Part shown: piece by piece, positions 13,981-25,600 of the stretch
Layout of the letters: each line of letters opens with the position of its first letter
How positions within the stretch are numbered: the first letter of the stretch is position 1
Origin: Curvularia clavata
Taxonomy: Eukaryota
Reading direction: 5' to 3'
NCBI GenBank assembly: GCA_023920165.1
Contig: CP089275.1
Coordinates: forward strand, 2,604,001 to 2,668,000
DNA: 64,000 nt
The notes under the pieces: generated by a model
What the model was told of the DNA's origin: nothing
The model's database searches: none
The model's input: only the letters and a program-made list of their open reading frames with translations
Position numbers and translations under genes: made by a program

Positions 13981-16190
13981 ATGAGCTCTTCGCCCGGCCG
14001 TCGCCCCGGCGTCCCACCGGAGAAGCGTGGTACTGTTACCAACTCTGAACCTCTGGAACCTCGAAAGCGTCCTCGCATAGAGTCAACTAGGCAGGAAAGT
14101 TCCCGCAAGTATTACCTTGAAGGAAAATACTGCGACGACTATCGTTTGCTATTCAATCAAGTTGTTCAACAGGCGGCCACACGCTTTGTACCGGACGTTG
14201 CGAGCCATCAGCATCACGCTTGGCAGGTTGGCGCCTCGCTGTGGTCCCCTGACGAACAGGCTACCCTTTACGTGGCCTTGGAGCGACTGGGGAAAGACAA
14301 TGTCCCAGGCATAGCGAATGCGATTGGCACCAAGAGCATACCCGAGACACGAGCCCTTCTCCTCCTGCTCGAGGATGCCGCAGCCAAGCAGGGCGATGCT
14401 AAAGTGACACTTCGCGACATTCCTGCCGCCTTGGACGTGAGCAGCAAGTGCAATGAAAAGCTTGATCTTGCAGCCGAAGCTCTTGCATGGAATCAGGAAA
14501 GATGGGAAGCCTGCCAAGAACAGAAACAATTTGGCGACTATTGGTTGATCACTCCGGCTGTAGCTCAGGAGATCGAAGTCGCTATAAATTCCGACCAACT
14601 ACCAGGTTCGACGAAGCCGATTGAAAGCGAGGTTGAATCTCAGAATAGAGGAGGGAGAGGTATCACAGGGTGTGTATTTCTGTAACTATGTGCAAAATTG
14701 GAAATGCTAATCTTCACAGAGCATGTCTCTCATGTAAGAAGCTCAAGGAAAAGTGTGATCGCAAGATTCCATGCGGCAACTGCCAAAAACGAAAAAGGTC
14801 TAAGTGCGAGTATCCTGAACTGTCCAGAACTGCGCAAACCGAGATATCCAGCATTCTCGAGGCACTGCCAGAGGCAACTCTTTTGCGCCCAAAAGTCATG
14901 TTGGAGCTGTCGAAGAAGGTCTTCATGAATCGTTCCCCAGCAATATCCTCCCCATGGCCGCACTGGTCCGAATACACGTCCGAAATTGCCCAAGAGCCAT
15001 CCATTTACCGCACTGCGCTTGTAGACTTCCACAACCTGGTCGTAATTCTGACCAGACGCCTTGTGCAGACTGCTATCATACAAGCAACCATGCGTCTACG
15101 GTCGCATCCTAGGAATACCGCTCACTCTGTTGGTCCTCTGGTGAAAAAGAGGGATGTTCGAGCCGCCATTGACATCTTGGGCATGCAGAGAAACGGAAAG
15201 CAGAGATGGATTAACGTTGCTCGACGATGTGCACTGAGGGTCCATGATTATGAGACCTCTAGTGATGGTAAAAAGAGATCCGAGAAAGAGATGTCTTGGG
15301 ATGAGGTCGAGCGCACACTGAATCTGGCAAGTCCGACTGCTGGCACTCCGATAATGGATGCGGAAACCCCGGGCGACTATAGCAAGCCTAGGTCAGAAGC
15401 ATCGTGCAGTGAAACACCTCTGCCCTTGGAAGACCTCGCTCTGTACAACTCTGATGATTCGACGCTAGATGAGGTTGCGCCAATATCCCAACCCCTACAG
15501 CAGCTCCGAGATGCGACTGGTGATCATGTGAGGCAGTCTCTTGCAGAGGATGATGAGCTGCTGGCGCCGGAGTTGGTGAGTCTGGAGCAGTTTGACCGTG
15601 AAGCAAGCCGACAAGAGGAAGAAAAGTTATGGGCCATGCTCGGCCTTGAGCCACCCGAGGATGATGGAGACAAAGATGACGACAGCGAAGAAGATCTGAG
15701 CCAAGACGAAAAGATTATCACTCTTCCTAATGGGTGGCGGTCGTGTACAGACTATCACGCCGAATGGGAGGAGTTTTATACGCTGCCCCACCCAGCACCT
15801 GAGCCTGTAGACTCTAGGGCCGATGATTCGGAATCAACGCAATCGACCAGACAGTTTCAAAGAGAACCAGTAGTATCCGAGTTGCAGACTTCGAGCAGTC
15901 TGGCTTATGTAGACCAACAACTACGGGCATTTGAGCGAGAGTCGTCAAGTGCAAGCGACGGTGAAGACAAGGATGTGAGTGATGGAGAGAGCGAAGAGGA
16001 AGGAATGAATCGACCAATGCCGTCAGTCGATACTGATGCTCGATCATCTCTGTTGCGGGTGTCAGAGGATGGAGGCATCAATATGGCATCACAACCGACA
16101 GTGCCAATCAACAGTCGCAGGAAGACGCGGCTACCCGCACGCTCAGACGACGAGTTGAGTGAGATGGATTGGAATTCATTCATTGAATGA
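13981..16190 (+). CDS. Rrn5-like (RNA Pol I UAF subunit) SANT/Myb protein with an internal Zn2Cys6 cluster
   Basis: SANT-like WSPDEQATLYVALERLGKDNVPGIANAIGTKSIPE. Intron 14670-14719 joins it in frame to ACLSCKKLKEKCDRKIPCGNCQKRKRSKC. Histone-fold-like FHNLVVILTRRLVQTAI...VKKRDVRAAIDILG follows, then an acidic tail. Confidence 0.7.
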
Positions 16191-16667
16191 TGTGCTCGTT
16201 TGTTTCTCATACTGCCAAGGTTTACATGTGCAAGTTAGAGAGCGTGAGGCTCTTCCCTCTTACCATAGAAATTGCCTCATCGCTCTTCATCTACCAGAAT
16301 AATTGAGAAAATCATGCACATGTGAGGTGGGTAGCGGCATTCGGGATTTGCAGTGGGTCCAGCGGGGCGAGTAGTGAGAACGGTGAAGTGAAGAGCGGTA
16401 CTGCCCCACTGCTGCTTCCTCATTCACTACTATCGCTCAAAATTGAATGTGGACAGAACCATTACGTCACTCTGTCATCTGGCCAGGCGCGGCCGTTTGC
16501 CCTGTCCTATAAAATTACCAGATTCAGCTCCTCCCTCTCCACACCGACACCCTTCCTCTCAACCTTACACAACAGAGACCCACACAATCCACTCTGCAGC
16601 TCTGTCAACCCTACTCAACAAACTACACTTTACCACTCCTTTCTACCAACCCACGCAAGACCGCAAA

Positions 16668-16940
16668 ATGAAGTCTACACCTTTCTTCGTCCTCATGGTC
16701 ACCATCATCGCGCTCATGGTCGCGTTGATGCCCGGCACCGCAATGGCCAACAGAGACCCCCCAAAGAACCCTAACTGCGGAGCTCCCTTCTGCGCTCGCG
16801 CTCGTGTTCGCGCTCTTGCCGCCGCTTCTGTCGGTTCCGGTGGTCAAGAAGTCGGTACCGTCAAGGCCGCCACTGGCTCTAACTCCAAGGTCGACAAGGA
16901 GACGTCAGTCATGGGCACCATCAAACGCTGGCTGATGTAA
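16668..16940 (+). CDS. Small secreted protein, 90 aa
   Basis: TATAAAA at ~16508, CT-rich leader and AAAATG context. Hydrophobic signal peptide MKSTPFFVLMVTIIALMVALMPGTAMA; C-ending codon bias typical of expressed genes. Confidence 0.7.
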   Translation: MKSTPFFVLMVTIIALMVALMPGTAMANRDPPKNPNCGAPFCARARVRALAAASVGSGGQEVGTVKAATGSNSKVDKETSVMGTIKRWLM

Positions 16941-17342
16941 CCGAAAGCCATATCCATGTCGGCAAAATATTGCTGGTCGAGAGCGGACACTACTCTACGG
17001 TACTCCCAAGCCATCGGGCTTAGTTCAGTATGATATTCTCACGCCTTGCGGGCGTCAGTGGGGTGGAAACAACCAGAATGGGCTTATGTACCTAAAGTAG
17101 ATCAATACCAGAGGATCTTATTATGTTATGCCTTCTCTCCCTGCGCTACTCTCAAACATTTCCAGCTTCTCACAGTGATCTCTCGCTCTTGTATAAAATC
17201 CCCACGCGCCCTGTCATCTTCCCTCAGTCCCTTCACTCACCCCGCCAGGCCTTTCCCTTGAGCTTACCAAGGCTACCCCTGCCCAACAACAGCCAAAAAA
17301 AAACAATTTCTCTTTCGCTCGTCTCTATTCAACTCCTCCAAA

Positions 17343-17519
17343 ATGAAGCTCACACCTACCGTCACCCTCTGCCTCGTTATCGCCGTCTTCGCCACTCTCG
17401 CCAGCGCAGCCGAAGGCCCCCCTCGTCCCAATGGCAAATTTCAACACAGCAAGTCCCCCCCGCGAGATCGCCGTGATATGATCAAAGATGGGCACAGCCT
17501 AATTATATCGTCACGCTGA
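17343..17519 (+). CDS. Small secreted peptide, 58 aa unspliced (not in ORF track)
   Basis: TATAAAA at ~17192, CT-rich leader and AAAATG context. Translates to MKLTPTVTLCLVIAVFATLASAAEGPPRPNGKFQHSKSPPRDRRDMIKDGHSLIISSR*. A possible GC-AG intron 17449-17560 would change the C-terminus and move the stop to 17628. Confidence 0.55.
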   Translation: MKLTPTVTLCLVIAVFATLASAAEGPPRPNGKFQHSKSPPRDRRDMIKDGHSLIISSR

Positions 17520-18319
17520 TAGAGCAAGATGGCTTGTAGACCAAGGCTAATCCTGCATAGGTGCTAAACTTCGAAGAAGTTGGGATGACTATGACAGACG
17601 TTATGATAGACCCAGATGTTCCTCTTAGAAGGGATCGATGCTGGGAATTATGGTGTGCTGATGGCAAATGTTAAGTAAAGGTTGGGTGGGGGTAGATTTA
17701 AACGGCGACTTCATCGCAATGTATCCCTATTGTCAGCCATCGTAGGAATGCACTTTTTTTTTTCTTTTCAAAAGTATGCTTTTGGTTGGGACGCGGGTGT
17801 CTGTCCACAAGCAAGCGCTGAGTAGGTGGATCCTGTACCCATCTAATCTGACAAAAAGGTACTTGATTACTATCACCAGGATTACAGTGCCCCAGTCTCG
17901 TTAGTAGCTCCTGACGAGTTGTTTCTCTCTTATTGCGGCTTCACTGCTAGGTACTAGAAATTGCAAAAACATAGCACACACACATGTTACGCGAGGTCCA
18001 ACACTTCTCTGTAGTCTTCATTTACCCAATTGACCTACTACCTTAGAGAACGCCCATATATGCTCATTAAAAATATAGCAACCAAATACATACATACTCC
18101 CGTTCAACCAAAGAACATATCCAATTCAATCCATGCGGGGGTATAGGAACAATAGAGTATGAGTGCAGTAACCAACTGCGTACCAAAATCCCAATATATA
18201 GCTTGCAAAATGCGGTAGAATCCAAACCATGAATCTGCGTTCAAGGTACCAAAAACCTGGTCTAGCCTCAAGTGGGCGTCTAGAAGATGAGAATGTAGCC
18301 GCTATGCTTACAACAGCTG

Positions 18320-21300
18320 TTAATGCTTCAACCAGATGTCGCCTCCTTCTCCCTTCTCCCATTTCTTCCATGCTACCTCGTATGCTTCTTCCAAGTCGCG
18401 GACCCATCTCTTGGTGTCGAAAAGAGGGCTTGTCCACCGTGACTCGTAGAGCATGCGTCGTAATTCGCTCAGCCGTCCCGTGGGGCGATGACCCTCGTAT
18501 ACATAGTCGCGCGTTAAGCGAACGGCCATTTCTTCATACTCTTCGTCACTAGATGCAATGAGCTCTTTTGCAGCTTGTGCACCGGCCGGCGTCTTTGGCA
18601 ATGCGCCTTTAAGGATGGACGCTGCCATTCGAGAGCACATCTTGTACTTGTAACGTGGTAACGTAAGCAATGGTGTGCCAGACCAGAGGACATCTGCAGC
18701 GGTTGTGTGTGCATTGCATTCCGGTGTATCGAGGAAGAGATCGCAGACACGCGCTCGAGAAATGTGCTGATGCTTCTGGGCGACGTCGGTAAAGATGATG
18801 CGACTAGCAACTTCTGCACCAGCCCACATGAGAGCTGTCTGCTTGAGATTCGTCTCGCCAAGGTCGGGAAATCGCAACAGCCAGAGAACAGCGTTGGGGA
18901 TCTTTTCGAGAATCCGCAACCAAGTGCGGAACGTCGTAGGCTCGATCTGGCGACACAGTTAGCGAATATACCATGGGCAAAACGATAGTCAACATACCTT
19001 GTAGAGCTGGTTGAAGTTCCCAAGAATAATGGCATTGTCAGAGAGGTTTGGAAAGAGTTCTTTGCGCATCGCCCATCTTCGTTGTTGCTCCTCTTCCCAG
19101 TTTGGTTGCCGGCCTTGCGAGTCTGGCGCACTTTGTCTGTGGTCACAACAGAAAAACGTGTCTCTGCAAAAGACAATGTTCTCCCCGTATACCCAGTTGT
19201 CGTCGGTGCCACCACTGTTGTCATCGACGAGTGCATCTTCAAGATCGACGTTGCGACGCCATTGTCGGAGAGTATCTGGCGGCACAGCAGTATCATCAGC
19301 GAGCAAGTAGTCGCACCATTCAGCGCCGAGGGTACCTGCAAAACCCATAAAGGCCATTTGAATGGGAGCCGCACGGGCTGCAAAGACCTCGTTTCTGGCT
19401 CCTCTGGTGTACCCGTTGAGGTTCACAAGGACATGTATGCCATCGTTGACAATCTGATGTACCAATCGCTCTGCAGACCAGCTGCTAGCATCATAGAACA
19501 CCGGAGATTCTCTCTCAATCTGCTTGCGGTGCTCGGATCCATCGCTCCCTGTCGTCGCATAACAGAAAGCCTTTACACGGTTTGGATCGTGCAGTCCAAA
19601 AACAGACTGCATCAGATGCGCCAGCGGATGGTTGTTGAAGTCTGAAGATACGTAGCCCACTTTCAGGTATGGCTTCGGGGGAGCGGGAGGCTGATATACA
19701 GTTTGCGGTAGCCAGGGAACGCGCAACGTTGAGCATGAGATGCGCAAGCCATTGCGCTGCGATATGAGGCGAATTTGTTTGGCCGACATGGGGCAGGTGA
19801 AAGTATGGAAGGGCAATACGGTTGGCGCAGCAGGTACCGTCAAGGCCGCTGGTAGTTGAGGTCTTTTGTATGAGCTCGAAGGTCGCGGCTTGCCGGTGAT
19901 ATAACGGTCCTGGTACCACTGCCAGGTCATCCACCTTACGGCACGCTCAACAAGGCGTACGATGCGGGCCCCTTCCCACTTTTGACCTTTCCATCTGGCC
20001 AGCACCCGTTTCATACTGTCCTCCTTCTCCTTGATGTCCTGCGCGTCGACTCCCGTAAGAGCAAACAGACGCATAATGTCCTGAATAAAGAAATCGTCCA
20101 TGATACCTCTGCCCCAATCCTCGCCATCGGCAAGCTGCTTCTCCACCAATTTCACGACCTTATGGATCCATCCTGAACTGGAAGCACCGGGCAAAGCAGC
20201 ATCTAGAAGCATGCCGTTCTCGTTGACGTGCCAGCGGTCTCTAGAGCCATGATCCTCAGCTATCCCACCTCTACCGGCCCAATTGCAAACCGAGTTAAGG
20301 GCGTTGGCAAGCCCGCAAACAGCCTCCGCAAAGTCAGGGCTGGATTTGACGGCCTTGCGATAATAGAAGATTGCATCCGCGATTCGACCCTTATCCTTGA
20401 CAGCATTGGCGAGATTGGCAAGAGCAATGTCGAATCCTTGGTCGCACTGGACAGCCTTTTCGTACATGTTGATGGCATAGTCCAACTGGCCAATATCCTT
20501 CAGGAGACTGCCGAGATTTGTGTAGAGATGGGCGTGCGACGAATCCAATTGGAGTCCGTAAGAGTAGTACGCAAGGGCGAGAGCAACACCACTTCCTGGG
20601 ACCAAACCAGGGATTTGAGGCTGAGCAAAAGAATGTGATACGGAACCTGGTTTCGGAGGTGCCGATTGCTGCACGCTAGCAAGTAAGATGCCGACATTGT
20701 TCGCTGTTGAGGGGCTTGGTTGTAGTGACAATGAAAGATAGTACAGTGCCAGGATTTCTCGGACGCTGTAGTGACTCTGATAGATTGGAGTCTTTGGCGA
20801 ATTGGTAGCCATGCCGTCCTGGAAAATCTTTGCGAGTGAAAGCAACGAGTTGCTCATGGTCGATATGGCCGCTTTCCGAGCCAGGCCTTCGCCCGAGACA
20901 TGCTTCAAGCCAGGGAGCTGGCCGTGGGGTGGGAAGCAAAGCTGGGCTGTCCGGGTAGCTGCATCTGGCGGCAGTAAGATTGGATCAGACGAGGGCGGCA
21001 CTCGGCGTCCACCTGGTGAGCGCTCCGCAGCATCGTATCCGACAACAGCAAGAATACGCTTGATCAGGCCATCGATGCCATTAGAGTGTGGTCCAGATCC
21101 GATGAGAACCGCATCTTCAAAGGCTTTGGCAGCAGCGGCGTTGTCACCGAGAGCGTAGAGCATGTTGCCTTTGGCATGCACCAATGCAAGAATGCGACCA
21201 TTATCGCAGCCTGCAATGGCGTATCCACTTGAGCCGAAGCCCGGCTGGTCCGAGCCAGGAAGCTCATCCAGCTCCTTGAAGACAGATTCATCGTCGCCTT

Positions 21301-23358
21301 CGAATTCGAAAACGGGTCGATCAGAGGCTTCTGAAAGGCTCGACTCGCTGTATGTAGAGGCCGCGCGCTCGCTCTCCACTTCGAGGCTCCGCAGAGCGTC
21401 TGCTCGCTTGACGAATCTCAGCTGACGCTCGACATCTTCAATGACCTGAACCGCCTCTCGCCCTTTGTGGTCGCTGCAGAGCAGGCCGATGAGGTGCTCG
21501 ACGGCCTCGAAATAACTAGGGCGAAGTTTGACAGCTCGTCTCCAATGGTTTTCAGCTTCACGCTTCTGGTGGAGAGCAAGCATGGTAGCTGCCAGATTCG
21601 AAATAGCCTCGACATGGCTGCGTCGGGTCAGCAATTATGCAACTACGTTGGATAGGAATATACTTACTCTTTATCCATGGTCAAAATATGTTTATACCAA
21701 TCTTGGGCCTTTTGGTAGTCGCCCAGCGCGTATGCAAGACAACCACCCAAGAGGATGCCATCTATCCAGGTCCATTTACTTTCTTCGCAGTGTTTGGTGA
21801 TTGCCTCCAGCGCAGAAGCCGTCGTTACGCTTGGAGGTACGCCATGTTGAAGGCTTTGGTGAACGCCGGCAACAGATCCCGACATCCGTCGCAAAGTACG
21901 TGGTGGCTCAATACCGGAAGCGTGGGGCACCATGGGGTGTTGCACTGCTGTACCTCCTTGCCACTGCGGAGTATTCACACCATTGCTCCCGGCTGACCAT
22001 GCTGATAATGAACGAGAATGCGGCATCTGAGGCCTCTTGGGTGCAAAATCCGGCCCAGAGTGAGGCGAGACATATTGATTAGGGACTGGGCAAGAGACAC
22101 GTCGTTCTAGAGACGGAATGCCGCTAGTAGAAGAACCAGAGACACTGCTGCTAGGCTGACGCGGCGGTTTTGGATAAATGTGAGGGCGATGGTGTGTACG
22201 GCCATGGGCGTGTGAATTAGTTTTTCTGGTTGCTTGCAAGTGCTTGAGCATGTCTACATAAACCGCATGGGCCCATGCAAACACCTTCTCTCTAGGTTGC
22301 TCGGCAGGCGATGATGCTCCAAAATCGTGGAGCGGCACGCTTGCCATGTGCTCAGCAACCGGCGTCGTTTGACCAGAATGCAAAAAGTCTTGAGGGCGCT
22401 GGGTAAGTGGAGGAGGGAGAGGCTGGTTTTGATAGTCTAATGCAACATTGGGGTGAGGTTGCCCGTAGGACGGGTATTCTAGTTGTTGTGGCCTAGGTGC
22501 GCGGCCATAGGTGCCATGGGTATATTCTAGTTGGATGGGATTTTGCTGATGATGCGAGAGGTTGGGCATGACATTGTTGTATGGGTAACCCCCAAAAGGG
22601 TTGTTGTGTGCATGGCTCCAATTATGACTGGGATGATGCAAGAATCGAGGGTCGCGCATGGCAGCAGGCCGATACGGGATGTAAGTGCCATCATGCCAAT
22701 ACGGTCCGTACGGCCCTTGGTCATTAGAGACTGTGGGGTTCAGAGGTGTCTGAAAAGGCGGGCCCATGGGGCCGCCGAAGGGCTGGCCGTACATCTGATA
22801 GGGCTCGAGAGGTTGTAGCGGAGGCATTTGGTTCAGCATAGAGTCAATCTGTGGCAAGTGCTGACCCGAGAGCCCCGAACCCGTCTCAAAGTAACGACTA
22901 GCACTCCATTCCGGTCCATCTCTTTGGTTCTGACCGTGGCCATGATGGACGGCTGGCAAGCGAAGAGGAAGATCTTGCTTGAGGCCGTACGGTATGCTAG
23001 ATTCGGCAGTCACAGGAAGGAGAATGTGTTTGGTTGCGTGAGGCTCTCCGTTCTTCTCCACCGACGTGCCATCGTAGGCGGCCGCCAAGATTCCATTTGG
23101 CGTTTTGCGGCGCAGCATGTGTTCTGCAGGCTTTGGCGTCCGGCCAGGTTCAGATGGCGGCGCACCGTACGTGTTGTGTCTGGAAAGCGGATGGGCATAC
23201 TGCTGTGGAATGGCGTGCTGGGCGATGCTGCGGCCCTCGGGATTCGGGGCATTGTGGAGGTAAGAAGCCTGTGTCGGGGTAGGCACGATGGTGTTGTAGC
23301 CTGGGGTCGAGGGAAGCTGCGACGGCGGCTGCGGGGGGTATGGCCGAACCATAGTCAT
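18320..23358 (-). CDS. OGT: O-GlcNAc transferase (GT41) with TPRs and a long low-complexity N-terminus
   Basis: TPRs (HVEAISNLAA, AHLYTNLGSLLKDIG, ALANLANAVKDKG). Catalytic motifs VGYVSSDFNNHP, NLNGYTRGARNEVFA, GNFNQLYKI, DLFLDTPECNAHTTAAD and SRMAAS. Introns near 18950-18997 and 21620-21668. Start taken as the first in-frame ATG. Confidence 0.93.
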
Positions 23359-24386
23359 GGTGGGGGAGTCGCTGGAGGGACTCTGGTGTTTGGGTTGTTG
23401 GGGTATCGTAGCAGCAGTCCGTCTGGCCAAGTGGTGATGCGGAATGTCCGATAGCAACCCCACAGCACAGCGTTCACCAGGGGCGACTGGTACCTATGCC
23501 TTCGCGGAATCGTCGCCCGTCTGCTGCGCTTGACATGTCTTTTGGGACGTGATTCGGATCCGTCAGCACCGGGTGTCCGCTTGCTGGCACGTTACCAGCA
23601 GAGACCCCGGCAGTTGTGTAGAAGAGAAGTTGGTTCAGCCGTGGGACCTCTCTTTGCAGACTCGCAACCGAACAGCGCGAGCGGTATTGATAGAAGGTGA
23701 GAAGAATGTCGATGGTATCGCCAGCGGCGATGGAGGTCTGGCGGAGTCGGACAAGGCAAGGGGGTATGTGGCAGTTACATCAGGCGTCAGCCTGCAATAG
23801 ACAGAGATGTGTGTAGCAACGGAGCGTATCGCTGTCGGCGACGTAATCCGGGCGCAAGAGCAGCCTGTGGAGAGAGAGGGCGGGGGAAAGACGAGGGCGG
23901 ATAGAGGCGGTGTCTTCTGCAATCGTGAAGAGGCGGGTTGGGCGTGGAATCGTGGCGTCGCGGAGGAGAAACGTCGTGGTTTGCGCTGAAGGAGCGCAGT
24001 AGCGGCTTTAGAGCAGAGTCAGCGTGTTACGGGCTGCGACTGGGGCTTGCAGCGGTTCCGTCACGTCGTCACTGTCGAGCAAAGTCGGGACCCGGGAGCG
24101 AGGGCGACGGCGTGGGCGTGGGCGTGCAGCACGTACAGGCAGCGATGGATGCTTTTTTCCACCCTCAGGGCGGGTGGACGGGCTCACGAGAGATGACGAG
24201 GTGTGGTGCGGCGGAGACTCAGCAGCGGCAGGGCCTATCCACTTTGGTATGTGCTCAATCGTTCGAGTGGTGGCTTGGAGCGATCCCTGCCAGGTGACAG
24301 GCCGTCTGGGGGATGTCCCGGGAGGGGATCGAGGAGGATCGAGCGCGCCTATGCCGGGCAGCAACAGAGGCAGTCGAGGCAGCAGG

Positions 24387-24414
24387 AGCAGCAGCAGCAG
24401 CAGCAACAGCAGCA
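24387..24414. repeat. Imperfect (CAG)n microsatellite
   Basis: agcagcagcagcagcagcaacagcagca in the OGT-SEC62 intergenic region. Confidence 0.8.
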
Positions 24415-25600
24415 CGCAGACGAGGCGTCTGCATCTCAGTGGGCGTAGGGCGACGACGCCAGGCTCTTGTAGAGGGCGCGTGGCTGCAGGGAAAACAAGA
24501 CTTGGTCCCGTAAGCTGGTCTCTCCGCGTCTTCGGGGCCATGGTGGGCACCGACTAGCCATCCAGCCGCGAGAGACGGCGGCTTGCAGGGGCCATCGCCC
24601 ATCCACGTTGGTGCCGCAATATCCATAATACTATTCGTATCCATAGCCACATGCACCATGGTGCATTTTGCCTGCCCGTGCGCCCCTGCTTTGTCCTTGG
24701 ACCACAGGCTGTTGCAGCCATCGCCACGACTGCATAGGCACATGTTTGTGCTGCCTTATTTCATGGCGCTCTGCCGTCACTGCTGATGCACCCGTTTCAT
24801 GTGCCATGTCGATCTCCGTGGCGCAACAAGGTACCGACCACAGGCGCATGGTCATCACAAAGACTATCATCTACTTGACAAACGGAGCGTGCTATGTTGA
24901 CCGCGGAAAAGGACCACTGAAGCCAAGCCAAAGGTAGGGCAACGCGGTGAGTAATGGGTCGCTTTCTTCTTCTTCACACCAAAATAGGCCTATACAGTAA
25001 GGGAAGTAAGGGCCAGAGTGTTGGTGAAGTGGTCATGACTACTGCTGCGGCTTCTGCTGCTCCGACGTTGGACCACGCACAGCAGGCGCCCCGGCGACAC
25101 AAGGCGACGCATGCCCAGGCGACTTCCAGCGCCCAGCGCATGCTTGCCGGAAGACATGGCTCTGAGCGCATTCTACGAATAGGTACGAGTAATCCAGCGC
25201 CGCGCACCGAGCCCGGTCATGGGGGCTGTTGGGTGCGCAGCGCTTGGCAACCAGAGACCATGTTGGCGTGTCGAGAGCAGAAATCCTGGGGGTTGAACAG
25301 CAAAAAAAGCGTGTTGTATGTACAAAGTAGGCTGGCTGAGGTTGAGAAGCAGAGCTTTTATTTAGTTCGCAGAGATTTTGGTGGATCCAAGCGCGGCTTA
25401 GTCATGCTACCCGGCCCTACCTTGTGCCGGCCGCCGCCTGGGGTGGTTTGATGTAATGTGGCCCTACGAAAGTCCACCGTGTCAACCCGCCGAACTGAAC
25501 AATTGATCCTTCAACCGCCTTCCATCGCCAACTTGTTTGCCGCCCCTGCCGTTAGCGGTCAGGCCCTCTCTCGCCCACGGTTCCACCCTCACCTCCCAAC

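Noticed and set aside
23549..25451. Many overlapping ORFs between OGT and SEC62
   Set aside because: GC-rich divergent promoter/UTR sequence with no motifs or consistent codon bias.
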